From positions 5,753-69,752 of the forward strand of contig MERQ01000025.1 in assembly GCA_001770655.1 (NCBI GenBank): a stretch of DNA of 64,000 nt, written 5' to 3'. The position numbers and the translations under genes are program-made. Each line of letters opens with the position of its first letter. The stretch's first letter is position 1. This DNA is from Betaproteobacteria bacterium RIFCSPLOWO2_12_FULL_68_20 (GTDB taxonomy: Bacteria > Pseudomonadota > Gammaproteobacteria > Burkholderiales > SG8-39). Positions 19,159 through 29,239 of the stretch are shown piece by piece. Under the pieces are notes generated by a model. It saw nothing but the letters and a program-made list of their open reading frames with translations. It did not search any database and was not told the DNA's origin.

Positions 19159-20832
19159 GTGAGCAGGAAGCTGCGCAGCAACTTCGAACCGGGCACGCCG
19201 CGCTGGGCGGGGCGGCGCGCCCAGTGGCGGGCGCTGGGCCTTTCCGATGCCGACATGGAAAAGCCCAAGATCGCCGTCGTCAACAGCTCCTCGGAGCTCT
19301 CGAGCTGCTTCAGCCATCTCGACGGCGTGTCGGCGATCGTCAAGCAGGCGATCCGCGCCGCGGGCGGGCTGCCCTTCGAGGTGCGCACCGCCGCGCCGAG
19401 CGACTTCATCACCAGCGCCGGGCACCGCGGAGGCTACATCCTGCCCACGCGCGATCTGATCGTGAACGACATCGAGGTGCAGGTCGAGGGCGCGCTGCTC
19501 GACGGCATGGTGTGCCTCGCCTCGTGCGACAAGACCACTCCCGGCCAGCTGATGGCGGCGGGGAGGCTCAACATCCCGACCATCGCCGTGATCTGCGGCT
19601 ACCAGCCGAGCGGGAAATACCGGGGCGAGCACGTCGACATCGAGGAGGTGTTCCTCAAGTCGAGCTACGTGTCCACGGGTCGCGTGACGCTCGAGGAGCT
19701 GGTCGGCATGAGCGACAACGCGGTGCTCGGGCCGGGCGTGTGCGCGGGCATGGGAACGGCGAACTCGATGCACGTGGTGTGCGAGGCGCTCGGCATGTGT
19801 CTTCCCGGCGCCGCGCCGGTGCTCGCGAACGGCGAAAGGATGAAGGAATTCGCGCGCGCCTCGGGCGAGCGCATCGTGAGGATGGTCTGGGACGACCTCA
19901 AGCCGCGCGACATCCTGACGCGCGGGGCGTTCGTCAACGCGACCATGGCGGTGCTCGCGCTCTCGGGCTCGATCAACTGCGTGAAGCACCTGCAGGCGAT
20001 CGCGCTGGAGGCCGGCTGCGACCTGGACGTGTACGGGCTTTTCGAGCGATATGCGGACAAGGTGCCTCTTCTTGCCGCGATCCGGCCCAACGGCGAGCGG
20101 CTGATCGAGGAGCTGGAAGCCGCCGGCGGGGCGCGCGCCGTGATGAAGCAGCTCGAGCCGATGCTCTCGGGGGAAGCGATCACCGTGACGGGCGGCAGCG
20201 TGCGCGAGAACCTGCGCGACGCCAGGGTGAGCGACGAAGCCGTCATCCGCCCGCTCGACCGGCCGCTTTCCACCCGGCCCTCCATCGTCATCGTGCGCGG
20301 CTCGCTTCTCCCGCAGGGCGGGATCGTGCGGCTCGGCGGCGCCGGCGAACGCAAGTTGCGCTTCTCCGGACCCGCCAACATCTACCATGCGCGCGAGGAG
20401 GCGCTGGACGCGCTCGCGAAGGGCGAGATCCGCAAAGGGCAGGTCGTGATCCTGCGCGGCCTCGGCGTGAAGGGCGGGCCGGGCCTCGCGATGTCCTCCG
20501 CGCTCGTGTTCGCGCTCGACGGCGCCGGGCTGCTCGAGGACGTCGCGGTGATCACCGACGGGCAGCTCTCAGGCCTGGTCAACCGAGGCCTGGTGGTGGG
20601 CGAAGCCTCGCCCGAGGCGGCCGAGGGCGGGCCGCTCGCGCTGGTGCAGAACGGCGACCTGGTCACGATCGACGTCGGGAAGCGCGCGGTGGATCTCGAA
20701 GTTGCGCCGGACGAGCTCGAGGCGCGCCGCGCGCGCATGCCGAAGCTCGGGCGCAGCGACGAAATCGGCTATCTTTCGCAATACCAGCGTATCGTCCAAC
20801 CTCTCCCGAAAGGCGCGGTGCTCCTGAAATGA
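19159..20832 (+). CDS. IlvD/Edd-family dehydratase (dihydroxy-acid/sugar-acid dehydratase)
   Basis: 557 aa, GTG start. [31 protein letters not shown] family motifs. Confidence 0.85.
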   Translation: MSRKLRSNFEPGTPRWAGRRAQWRALGLSDADMEKPKIAVVNSSSELSSCFSHLDGVSAIVKQAIRAAGGLPFEVRTAAPSDFITSAGHRGGYILPTRDLIVNDIEVQVEGALLDGMVCLASCDKTTPGQLMAAGRLNIPTIAVICGYQPSGKYRGEHVDIEEVFLKSSYVSTGRVTLEELVGMSDNAVLGPGVCAGMGTANSMHVVCEALGMCLPGAAPVLANGERMKEFARASGERIVRMVWDDLKPRDILTRGAFVNATMAVLALSGSINCVKHLQAIALEAGCDLDVYGLFERYADKVPLLAAIRPNGERLIEELEAAGGARAVMKQLEPMLSGEAITVTGGSVRENLRDARVSDEAVIRPLDRPLSTRPSIVIVRGSLLPQGGIVRLGGAGERKLRFSGPANIYHAREEALDALAKGEIRKGQVVILRGLGVKGGPGLAMSSALVFALDGAGLLEDVAVITDGQLSGLVNRGLVVGEASPEAAEGGPLALVQNGDLVTIDVGKRAVDLEVAPDELEARRARMPKLGRSDEIGYLSQYQRIVQPLPKGAVLLK

Positions 20833-21776
20833 AACGACTCCTGCTTGGCACATTCCTCGCCGCGGCGCTCGCCGCGCACGCGCAGACCTATCCCAGCAAG
20901 CCGGTGCAGCTCGTCGTGCCGAACCCGCCGGGCGGCGCGATCGACATCCAGGCGCGCGTCTACGCGCAGAAGCTGCAGCAGATGTGGGGCCAGAGCGTGG
21001 TCGTCGAGTACAAGCCCGGCGCCGGCACCGCGATCGGAATGGAATACGTGGCGAAGTCGGCGCCCGACGGGTATACCGTGGGCATGGTGGTGACGCCGCT
21101 GGTGATCCTGCCCGCGCTGAGGAAGCTCCCGTACGACACGACGACCGACCTCGCCGGCGTGACGCTCACCGGCACCTCGTCGATCATGATTGCGGCTTCG
21201 CCGACGCTCGAAGCGAACAACATCGCCGAGGTGATCGCGCTGGCGAAGAAGCGCCCCGGCAAGCTCACCTACGCCTCGCCCGGCTCGGGCAGCTCGATGC
21301 ACCTCGCCGGCGAGCTGCTCAAGCTCGAGGCCGGGATCGACATCCTGCACGTGCCGTTCAAGGGCGGCGCCCAAGCCTATCCGGAGGTGATGGCGGGACG
21401 CGTGGACCTGCAGCTCGACCCGAGCTTCGGCATCTACCGCCACGTCAAGGCCGGCAAGATGAAGGCGATCGCCGTCACCACGGCGAAGCGCGACCCGGCC
21501 TCGCCCGAGGTGGCCGCCGTCGCCGAGACCGTGCCGGGCTTCGACGTGGTGTCGATCAACGGCATCGTGGTGGCTGGCAAGACGCCGCGCGAGCTGGTGA
21601 ACCGGCTGAACGCCGACTTCAGGAAGCTGCTCAAGGATCCCGAGGTGGCGAAGCGCCTGGAAGGATTCGGCATCCAGGCGGTGGGGAATTCGCCCGAGGA
21701 GTTCGACGCCTTCATCAAGAGCGAGATCGCGCGCTGGACCAGGGTGGCGAAGGCGGCGAAGGTGAGGCTGGACTGA
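20829..21776 (+). CDS. Bug/TctC-family tripartite tricarboxylate transporter substrate-binding protein
   Basis: ATGA overlap with the dehydratase stop. Signal peptide, YPSKPVQLVVPNPPGGAIDIQAR, KPGAGTAIG, HVPFKGGAQA. Confidence 0.85.
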   Translation: MKRLLLGTFLAAALAAHAQTYPSKPVQLVVPNPPGGAIDIQARVYAQKLQQMWGQSVVVEYKPGAGTAIGMEYVAKSAPDGYTVGMVVTPLVILPALRKLPYDTTTDLAGVTLTGTSSIMIAASPTLEANNIAEVIALAKKRPGKLTYASPGSGSSMHLAGELLKLEAGIDILHVPFKGGAQAYPEVMAGRVDLQLDPSFGIYRHVKAGKMKAIAVTTAKRDPASPEVAAVAETVPGFDVVSINGIVVAGKTPRELVNRLNADFRKLLKDPEVAKRLEGFGIQAVGNSPEEFDAFIKSEIARWTRVAKAAKVRLD

Positions 21777-21915
21777 GCGTGGCGAAAAGCGCCGTCTTCC
21801 TCGGGGTGGACGCAGAGATAAATTACTGAGAAATTTGCATAAATTTGCATTGACGGGTAATCCTTCCCATTAGCCGGATACCGCCGCGGGTTGGCAGTCC
21901 GGCGAGCGAAGCGAA

Positions 21916-24024
21916 ATGGAGAGGTCCTCCGTCAGCGTGCTGTTCGTCGAGGATTCCGAGCTCGATGTCGAGCTGGAGCTCGATGCGCTGCGGCAGGACG
22001 GATTCGAAGTCTCCTGGGAGCGCGTCGAAAGCGAGCCGGAGCTGGCCAGGGCGCTGCGCGCCGCCTGGCCCCAGGCGGTCCTGTCGGATTTCTCGATGCC
22101 CGGATTCGACGGCCTGCATGCGCTCAGGACCGCGCGCGATATCGCGCCGCGCACCCCGTTCATCTTCGTCTCGGGCACCATCGGCGAGGAGCGCGCCATC
22201 GAGGCGATCCGGCTCGGCGCCACCGATTACGTGCTCAAGGACAATCTGCGGCGGCTCGGCACCGCGCTGCGCCGCGCGCTCGCGGAGGCCGCCGAGCACG
22301 AGCGCGCGCGCACCGCCGAAGAGGAACGCGCCCGCCTGGTGGAGATCCTGGAAGCGACCAGCGACTATGTCGGCATGTCGGACCCTGAAGGCAGGCAGTT
22401 CTATCTGAACGCCGCCGGACGCAAGCTGACTGGAATCGCCGGGCGCGAGATTCCGGGAAAGCTCATTTTCGAGATCTATCCGCCGCGAATCCGCGAGCTG
22501 ATCGAACGGGAGGCGCGTCCCGTGGCCGAGCGCGACGGCATCTGGCAGGGCGAAACCGCGATCCTCGGATCCGAGGGGACCGAGATCCCGGTGTCGCAGG
22601 TGATCATCGCGCACCGCGGCCCGGACGGCGCGGTGCGGTTCTTTTCCAGCATCGCGCGCGACATCCGCGACCGCAAGGCCTACGAGGCGCGCATCGAGTA
22701 CCACGCGAACTACGACGCGCTCACCGACCTGCCCAACCGCAGGCTGCTCGGCGATCGCGTAGTGCAGGCGATTACCCACGCCCGGCGCACCGGGCGGACG
22801 TGCGCGCTGCTGGCGATCGACTGCGACGGCCTGAGACGGTTCAACGACATCTACGGTCATGCGGCGGGCGACGCGCTGCTGCGGGCGATCGCCGACCGCC
22901 TGCGCGCCGCGGTGCGCGAGGGCGACACCGTGGCGCGGCTCGGCGCCGACGCGTACCGCGTGCTTGCCGCCGACCTCGCGCGGCCCGAGGACGCCGCCGA
23001 CGTCGCCGAAAAGATTCGCGATTCGCTGCACGCTCCAGTGCTCGCGGCGGGACGCGAGGCGCAGGTCACGGCGAGCATCGGCGCGAGCGTGTATCCGAGG
23101 GACGGCGAGGAGTTCGACCTGCTGCTTCGCAACGCCGACGCCGCGGCGCACCGCGTCAAGGAGGCGGGCGGAAACGGTTTCCAGTTCTACGCCGCCGCCA
23201 TGACCCGCGATGCGGCCGAGCGCGCGGAGCTGGAAACGGAGCTGCGCGCGGCCCTGCAGCGCAAAGAGCTCGAGATGTACATGCAGCCGCAGGTCACGCT
23301 GGAGGATGGAAGGATCACCGGCGTCGAGGCGTTGATGCGCTGGCGCCACGGCAAGCACGGCTCGATTCCGCCGGCGAAGTTCATCCCGATCGCCGAGGGA
23401 TCGGAGCTGATCCACCCGCTGGGCGAATGGGCGCTCGCCGAGAGCGGCCGCGTGGTCAAGGCCTGGGAGCGCGCCGGGCACGCGCCGCTGCGCGTGGCGG
23501 TGAACGTCTCGGCGCGGCAGTTCCGCCGCGCCGGCTTCGTCGAGGCGGTCGCGCGCGCGCTGCGTCTCGCTGGGCTCGAGTCCTCGCGGCTGGAGATCGA
23601 GCTGACCGAAAGCGTGCTGATCGAGAGGCAGGAGGAGGCGATCGTCATCCTGAAAGAACTGAAGGCGCGCGGCGTGCAGATCGCGATCGACGATTTCGGC
23701 ACCGGCTACTCGAGCCTGAGCTACCTGTCGCGGCTGCCGATCGACTGCCTGAAGATCGACCGCTCCTTCGTGCACCGCGCGACCCATGATCGGCACAACG
23801 CCGCGATCGCGCAGGCGGTCGTCTCGCTCGGGCACGCGCTCGGCCTGCGCGTGCTGGCCGAGGGAGTGGAAACCGCCGAGCAGCTCGAGTTCCTGCGCGC
23901 GCACGGCTGCCTCGAAGGGCAGGGATACCTGTTCTCGCCGCCGCGCCCGGCCGGGGCGCTGACCGCGGCGATCGCGGCGGGCGCGCTCGCTCCGGGAGGC
24001 CAGTTCGCCGCCGGGCGGAACTGA
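21916..24024 (+). CDS. Response-regulator receiver-PAS-GGDEF(degenerate)-EAL protein, probable c-di-GMP phosphodiesterase
   Basis: REC (LSDFSMPGFDG), PAS, GGDEF domain with GADAY instead of GGDEF (22942-22956). Intact EAL set (EALMRW, VNVS, ELTES, DDFGTGYSS, KIDRSF, EGVET, QGY). Confidence 0.85.
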   Translation: MERSSVSVLFVEDSELDVELELDALRQDGFEVSWERVESEPELARALRAAWPQAVLSDFSMPGFDGLHALRTARDIAPRTPFIFVSGTIGEERAIEAIRLGATDYVLKDNLRRLGTALRRALAEAAEHERARTAEEERARLVEILEATSDYVGMSDPEGRQFYLNAAGRKLTGIAGREIPGKLIFEIYPPRIRELIEREARPVAERDGIWQGETAILGSEGTEIPVSQVIIAHRGPDGAVRFFSSIARDIRDRKAYEARIEYHANYDALTDLPNRRLLGDRVVQAITHARRTGRTCALLAIDCDGLRRFNDIYGHAAGDALLRAIADRLRAAVREGDTVARLGADAYRVLAADLARPEDAADVAEKIRDSLHAPVLAAGREAQVTASIGASVYPRDGEEFDLLLRNADAAAHRVKEAGGNGFQFYAAAMTRDAAERAELETELRAALQRKELEMYMQPQVTLEDGRITGVEALMRWRHGKHGSIPPAKFIPIAEGSELIHPLGEWALAESGRVVKAWERAGHAPLRVAVNVSARQFRRAGFVEAVARALRLAGLESSRLEIELTESVLIERQEEAIVILKELKARGVQIAIDDFGTGYSSLSYLSRLPIDCLKIDRSFVHRATHDRHNAAIAQAVVSLGHALGLRVLAEGVETAEQLEFLRAHGCLEGQGYLFSPPRPAGALTAAIAAGALAPGGQFAAGRN

Positions 24025-24939
24025 TTACTTGACCGGCACCACCCCGTCCAGGCGCGCGAAGCAGGCATTTCGCGCCGTCACCAGGAAGTCGCGGAAATGG
24101 GGCTCGCGCGCCGTCTCGGCCGTGGTGGCGGCGTACAGATCGCTCCACAGGCCATTCCTGCCGATGCGCCGCGCGATCACGTACTCGTAGTCCACGTAGT
24201 TCTTGATTCCCCAGTTCGGCAGCGCGGCGATGCCCCGGCGGCTCGCGACCAGCTGCAGGATGGCGATGGTGAGCTCGGCGGTGCGGCGCTTCGGATGCAC
24301 CCGCGCGGGCTTGAGCACGCGGCGGATGAGGTCGATCCTGCCCTCGGGCACCGGGTAGGTGATGAGCGTCTCCTGCGCGAAATCCTGCGCTGTGAGGTAG
24401 CGCCGCACCGCCAGGCGGTGGTCGGTCGGCAGCACTGCGAGGATCTCGAAGCGGAACAGCGGGTGGTGCACGATGCCGCGGCGCGGCTTGTGCTCCGATC
24501 CGATCACCAGCTCGGCCTTGTCGCGCGCGAGCAGGCCGAGGGGATTGGGCTGGAACCCGGACACCAGGTCGAGCTCGACGTCCGGCCAGTGCTTGCGGAA
24601 CTCGTCCATGATCGGCATCAGCCAGTCGAAGCAGGTGTGGCACTCGAGTGCGATGCGCAGCCGCCCGGCGCGCCTGCCCGACAGCTTCGCCAGGTCGCGC
24701 TCGGCGACCTCGATCTCGTTCGCCACCGCGCGCGCGAGGGCAACCAGGCGCTGGCCCGGCCCGGTGAGCTTCACCGACTGCCCCTCGCGCTTGACCATCG
24801 CCGTACCGTAGTTCCGCTCAAGCGCCTTCAGCTGGTGCGAGAGCGCCGACTGCGTGAGGTGCACCCGCTCGGCCGCGCGCGACACGCTGCCGGCCTCGGC
24901 GAGCGCGATCAGCGTGCGCAGGTGGCGCAGCTCGAGCAC
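24025..24939 (-). CDS. metR: LysR-family regulator MetR
   Basis: 304 aa, GTG start. LTQSALSHQLKALE HTH, RIALECHTCFDWLMP, GIAALPNW. Colinear with E. coli MetR and divergent from metE. Confidence 0.85.
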   Translation of the reverse strand: MLELRHLRTLIALAEAGSVSRAAERVHLTQSALSHQLKALERNYGTAMVKREGQSVKLTGPGQRLVALARAVANEIEVAERDLAKLSGRRAGRLRIALECHTCFDWLMPIMDEFRKHWPDVELDLVSGFQPNPLGLLARDKAELVIGSEHKPRRGIVHHPLFRFEILAVLPTDHRLAVRRYLTAQDFAQETLITYPVPEGRIDLIRRVLKPARVHPKRRTAELTIAILQLVASRRGIAALPNWGIKNYVDYEYVIARRIGRNGLWSDLYAATTAETAREPHFRDFLVTARNACFARLDGVVPVK

Positions 24940-24960
24940 GGCCCCGGGATCCGTAAGATA

Positions 24961-24973
24961 TGAATACCGTTCA
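24961..24973. promoter_or_regulatory. MetR box in the metR-metE intergenic region
   Basis: TGAATACCGTTCA fits the TGAA-N5-TTCA MetR consensus. A looser TGAAGTTTCACTGGATTCA follows at 24986-25004. Confidence 0.5.
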
Positions 24974-25051
24974 TATCACCGTCTATGAAGTTTCACTGGA
25001 TTCATGGACGAGCATAGGCGAGGATGGCGCGGTCGTCAAAGGAGGCAAGCG

Positions 25052-27355
25052 ATGGCCGTTGCCCACGTGCTGGGATTCCCGCGCATCGGCGCGAAGCGCG
25101 AGCTGAAATTCGCCCTGGATTCGTTCTGGCGCGGCGAGACGGCCGAGGCGGCGCTCGCCGCTCTCGGCCGCGAGCTGCGCGCGCGCCACTGGCGCCTGCA
25201 GCGCGAGGCCGGGCTGGATTTCGCCACCGTCGGCGATTTCGCCTGGTATGACCACGTGCTGCAGACGCTCGCGCATCTCGGCGGGTTGCCCGCGCGCTTC
25301 GGCTTCGAAGCGGCGCGGCTGACGCTGCCGCAGTATTTCGCGGCGGCGCGCGGCGCGGCTGGCCAGCCGGCGATGGAGCTCACCAAGTGGTTCGACACCA
25401 ACTATCACTACCTGGTCCCGGAATGGAGCGCGGACACGCGCTTCGAGGGCGGCGTCGACTGGCTGTTCGAGGAGATCGCCGAGGCGCGGGCCCTCGGCCA
25501 TCCGGTGAAGGCGGCGCTGCTCGGGCCGCTCACCCTGCTTCAACTGGGCAAGAGCAGGACGACCGGAGAGGCGAGGCTCGAGCACAAGCTCGACCTGCTT
25601 GCGCCGCTGGTCCGCGCCTACCAGCGGCTGCTTGCGCGGCTCCGGGCGCAGGGCGTCGAGTGGGTCCAGGTCGACGAGCCGATCCTCGCGCTCGACCTTG
25701 ACGAATCCTGGCTCGAGGCGCTCGCTACCGCCTACGCATCGCTCGTGGACGGTTCGCCGAAGATCCTCCTGGCGACCTATTTCGATTCCGCCGAGCCGCA
25801 GCAAGCCCTGCTCAAGTCGCTGCCGGTCGCCGGACTGCATCTGGATCTGGTGCGCGGGCGGGAACAGCTCCCGCGCTTCCTGAAGGGATTCTCCGAAGGC
25901 AAGGTTCTCTCGCTTGGCGTGGTGAACGGCCGCAACATCTGGCGCTGCGATCTCGACGCCGCGCTGGCGGCGCTGCAGCCCGCGCACGAGCGCCTCGGCG
26001 AGCGGCTGTGGGTCTCGGCGAGCTGCTCGCTGCTCCACGTGCCGATCGATCTCGGCGAGGAGCGCAGGCTCGATCCGGAGCTTCGGCTGCGGCTCGCGTT
26101 CGCGGCGCAGAAGCTGGAGGAGATCGCGGCGCTCAAGCGCGCTCTGGAACAGGGGCCGCACGCGATCGGTCCTGCGCTCGCGCTTTCGCGCAAGGCCATC
26201 GCGGTCGCAGCGCTGGCGAAGAGCGCCGGCGCGTCGGCAGGCGCCGCGTTCGAGGAGCACGCGACGCGACGGCGCTCGCCGTACGCCGTGCGCGCGCGCA
26301 AGCAGCGCCAGCGGCTGCAGCTGCCGCCGTTGCCGACGACGACGATCGGCTCGTTTCCCCAGACCTCCGAGATCCGCAAGGCGCGCGCGGCGTACAAGCG
26401 GGGCGAGATCGGGCCGGACGCCTACCGCGAGGCGATGCGCTCCGAGATCCGGCTGGCGGTGGCGCGGCAGGAGGCGCTGGGCCTCGACGTTCTGGTGCAC
26501 GGAGAAGCCGAGCGCAACGACATGGTCGAGTACTTCGGCGAGCAGCTGCGCGGCTACGCCTTCACCGCAAACGGCTGGGTGCAGAGCTACGGCTCGCGCT
26601 GCGTGAAACCGCCGGTGATCCACGCAGACGTCTCGCGCCCCGGGCCGATGACCGTGGAATGGACGCGCTACGCGCAGAGCCTCACGCGCAAGCCCATGAA
26701 GGGGATGCTGACCGGTCCGATCACCATGCTGCAATGGTCGTTCGTGCGCGAGGACCTGCCGCGCGAGGAGGTCGCCATCCAGATCGCCGCCGCGCTGCGC
26801 GAGGAGGTGGCCGATCTCGAGCGGGCCGGGATCGCGATCGTCCAGATCGACGAACCGGCGCTGCGCGAGGGCCTGCCGCTCAGGCGCCGCGACTGGGAGC
26901 ATTACCTCGAGTGGGCGGTGCGCGCGTTCAGGCTCGCATCCAGTGGCGTGGCCGACGAGACGCAGGTCCACACCCACATGTGCTACGCCGAGTTCGGGGA
27001 CATCCTGCCCGCGATCGCCGGCATGGACGCGGACGTGATCACCATCGAGGCGTCGCGCTCCGGGATGGAGTTGCTGGAGGCCTTCGGCACCTTCCGCTAT
27101 CCGAACGAGATCGGGCCCGGGCTCTACGACATCCATTCGCCGCGCGTCCCGGACGCCGGCGAGATGGCGAGACTGCTGGAAAAGGCGGCGCGCGTCGTTC
27201 CCGCCGAGCGGCTGTGGGTGAACCCGGATTGCGGGCTGAAAACGCGCGGCTGGGCTGAGACTGAGGCGGCGCTGGCGGCGATGATCGAGGCCGCCCGGCG
27301 CCTGCGCGAAGGGACCGGCCGGGGTGCGCGCGCCGAGGCGCTCAACTCAGCCTGA
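25052..27355 (+). CDS. metE: Cobalamin-independent methionine synthase MetE
   Basis: ATG at 25052 after [31 protein letters not shown]..., two-domain length (767 aa), HTHMCYAEF Zn site. Confidence 0.95.
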   Translation: MAVAHVLGFPRIGAKRELKFALDSFWRGETAEAALAALGRELRARHWRLQREAGLDFATVGDFAWYDHVLQTLAHLGGLPARFGFEAARLTLPQYFAAARGAAGQPAMELTKWFDTNYHYLVPEWSADTRFEGGVDWLFEEIAEARALGHPVKAALLGPLTLLQLGKSRTTGEARLEHKLDLLAPLVRAYQRLLARLRAQGVEWVQVDEPILALDLDESWLEALATAYASLVDGSPKILLATYFDSAEPQQALLKSLPVAGLHLDLVRGREQLPRFLKGFSEGKVLSLGVVNGRNIWRCDLDAALAALQPAHERLGERLWVSASCSLLHVPIDLGEERRLDPELRLRLAFAAQKLEEIAALKRALEQGPHAIGPALALSRKAIAVAALAKSAGASAGAAFEEHATRRRSPYAVRARKQRQRLQLPPLPTTTIGSFPQTSEIRKARAAYKRGEIGPDAYREAMRSEIRLAVARQEALGLDVLVHGEAERNDMVEYFGEQLRGYAFTANGWVQSYGSRCVKPPVIHADVSRPGPMTVEWTRYAQSLTRKPMKGMLTGPITMLQWSFVREDLPREEVAIQIAAALREEVADLERAGIAIVQIDEPALREGLPLRRRDWEHYLEWAVRAFRLASSGVADETQVHTHMCYAEFGDILPAIAGMDADVITIEASRSGMELLEAFGTFRYPNEIGPGLYDIHSPRVPDAGEMARLLEKAARVVPAERLWVNPDCGLKTRGWAETEAALAAMIEAARRLREGTGRGARAEALNSA

Positions 27356-27419
27356 CGTACTCGTACAACGGGCGGTAGATTTCGCGGTGGAAGTGTGGGC
27401 GCCATCCAGCGCCATGCTC
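27342..27419 (-). pseudogene. Relic of the 3' end of a boxB paralogue
   Basis: Minus-frame ...[25 protein letters not shown] versus true BoxB C-terminus ...PGKMASWIAPPERGINNLPLEYEYVRLS*. 21 nt CTCAGCCTGACGTACTCGTAC are identical to 31508-31528. Overlaps the metE stop codon. Confidence 0.4.
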
Positions 27420-27434
27420 GGTATTTCGAATCGT

Positions 27435-27608
27435 ATGACGGATCGAAATACTACCGTCGTCCTTAACGTTCTCCGGATGCAACCCGTTTACATCCGTTCG
27501 CCAATCGGCTACGCGCGGCTGCAGGCCTTTCCCACTGCCAAGCGCTGCATCGCCTGCCAGGAGCTGCGCGAGAAGACGCGCGCCTCGCCGCCGCGCGGCA
27601 CGCGCTAG
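27435..27608 (+). pseudogene. Degenerate TraR/DksA-family zinc-finger remnant
   Basis: ...PVYIRSPIGYARLQAFPTAKRCIACQELREK resembles TraR PVYLCEACGNPIPEARRKIFPGVTLCVECQ but lacks the first CxxC. The local GC drop suggests foreign DNA. Confidence 0.3.
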
Positions 27609-27617
27609 GGCCAATCG

Positions 27618-28019
27618 TCAGGCCAGCTTGACCCCGGCGCGCGGCAGCGCGGCCTTAAGCGCCCCGTCGCCGCAGGCGAGGGGCATCTTCAGCTCGAGCG
27701 CAAGTGCAAGATAGGCCGCGTCGTACGCAGAGAGGTCGTGCCGTCGCGCAAGCTGAAGCAGCTCGGCGAGTGGCAAGCTCGTTTCGTGAATGACGGGTTG
27801 CATGCGCTCGAGGATGCCGACCGCGGTGGCCGACGCCTCAGCAGCAATCGCTCGCCGCCGCTCCAAGCTGCGCAGTGCGTTCACCACCTCGAGCCGCCAG
27901 AGCGCTGGTGCGTGATAGGGCTCACGGCGAGCGCGCAGTCGGATGCGCCGGCCGTACGCGCTCGCCTGCCGTCCGACGACCCAGCCCAACGCGATGGACG
28001 CGTCGAGCACGAAAGCCAT
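27618..28019 (-). CDS. vapC: VapC-type PIN-domain toxin
   Basis: 133 aa. MAFVLDASIALGWV..., LSAYDAAYLALALELKMPLACGD PIN acidic residues. 1-nt overlap with the antitoxin gene. Confidence 0.8.
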   Translation of the reverse strand: MAFVLDASIALGWVVGRQASAYGRRIRLRARREPYHAPALWRLEVVNALRSLERRRAIAAEASATAVGILERMQPVIHETSLPLAELLQLARRHDLSAYDAAYLALALELKMPLACGDGALKAALPRAGVKLA

Positions 28020-28258
28020 CAGCGCCTGCCTCGCTCGATCAGCGCGCGGATATCGACCTTGCCCTTGATCGCGACGCGCCTGCGGAAGGCCTCGGCCTCG
28101 TCGAGCACCGCTGCGCGGTTCCAGCGCGGCGCCCGCGCCGGGACGATTCTCGCCACGACGCGCCCGCGCTTGGTGATGGTGGTCGGCTGACCGGACTCCG
28201 CCCGGTCCACGAGCTCGGACAGGCGCGCCTTTGCGTCGTAGACGCTCACGGTATCCAT
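28019..28258 (-). CDS. vapB: Phd/YefM-type antitoxin (VapB)
   Basis: 79 aa. VSVYDAKARLSELVDRAESGQPTTITKRGRVVARIVP is a typical Phd-like N-terminus. Confidence 0.75.
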   Translation of the reverse strand: MDTVSVYDAKARLSELVDRAESGQPTTITKRGRVVARIVPARAPRWNRAAVLDEAEAFRRRVAIKGKVDIRALIERGRR

Positions 28259-28289
28259 TGGGCCTCCTGACTAGTCAGATCGAACTAGC

Positions 28290-28553
28290 TTACAGGTCAG
28301 CCCGGCGAGGCACAAGAGTGCCCAGCGCGTCGAGCGCGTTCTTCAGCTCGAGCCCGAGCGCGGTATCGCCCTCGATCACCAGCCGCCGGGTGAAGAACAG
28401 CGTGTCCGGATCTTCGCGCCGCAGCGCGAGCGCGGCGTAGTCGGCGAGGCTCGCGCGGATGGTGACGTCCGGCCTGCCGAGGGCCGGACGCAGGCCGATC
28501 GCATCGAGCGTCACCTGGGGCCCGAAGCCCAGTCCCGAAATTTCCAGCCGCAA
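28290..28553 (-). pseudogene. SCP2 sterol-carrier domain fragment (UbiT/YhbT-like C-terminus), apparently 5'-truncated
   Basis: ...DPDTLFFTRRLVIEGDTALGLELKNALDAL is the SCP2/UbiT C-terminal motif. No credible N-terminal half. The reading frame runs into the IS91 fragment on the other strand. Confidence 0.45.
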
Positions 28554-28582
28554 TACCTTGCCGCGAAGCGGCGCGAACTTCC

Positions 28583-29239
28583 GTCCAGACCTTTGGCGAC
28601 CTGGTGAACTTCCATCCCCACGTGCATGTGCTCGCCGCCGAGGGCGTTTTTCGCGCCGATGGCACGTTCGTCCCCCTGCCGCCGATCCCCGAGGCGCTGC
28701 TCATGCTGCGCGCGCCGCTCTCCCTTGCCAAGATGAGCTACGACGCGGCCAGCGGCACGGTGATCTACCGCTCCAAGATGCACCTGGGACTGAAGAGGAA
28801 CTTCCAGGTCATGGCGGGCGCCGAGTGGCTGGAGCTGCTGTGCAAACACATTCCCGATCGCTACGAGCAGTTGGTCCGTTACTGCGGCTGGTACTCGAGC
28901 CGCAGCCGCGGGGCGCGGGCGGCGAAGACTGCCGTTTCGACCAACGCCGCCAGCACCGTCACCGAACCCTTGAGCGAGTTCGCGCAGCGCGCCAAGGCGG
29001 CCTGGGCGCGGCTGATCCGCAAGGTCTATGAAGCCGACCCGCTCGAATGTCCCAAGTGCAAAGGTCCGATGCGCGTCATCGCGCTGATCGAGGATCCCGG
29101 CGTGGTGCGAGCGATTCTCGTGCATCTGGGCCGCTGGGAGCCGAAGGCGCTAGAGCGCGCCCCGCCCGTGCCTCCGGGCGCCTGGCCCGCGCACGCGGGT
29201 CTGCCGCTCACGTATCACCCCCTCCCCGATATCGCTTGA
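28583..29239 (+). mobile_element. 5'-truncated IS91-family (HUH/Y2) transposase
   Basis: VQTFGDLVNFHPHVHVLAAEG (HUH motif), LVRYCGWYSSRSRG (Y2 motif), CPKCKGPMRVIALIED. The N-terminal ~180 aa and recognisable element ends are missing. Confidence 0.7.

Noticed and set aside
21823-23904. 693-aa minus-strand ORF
   Set aside because: It is antisense to the REC-PAS-GGDEF-EAL gene, which has unambiguous domain motifs.
24983-27136. 717-aa minus-strand ORF
   Set aside because: It is antisense to metE, has no recognisable motifs, and has the low-complexity Arg/Leu/Ala composition of an antisense GC-rich frame.
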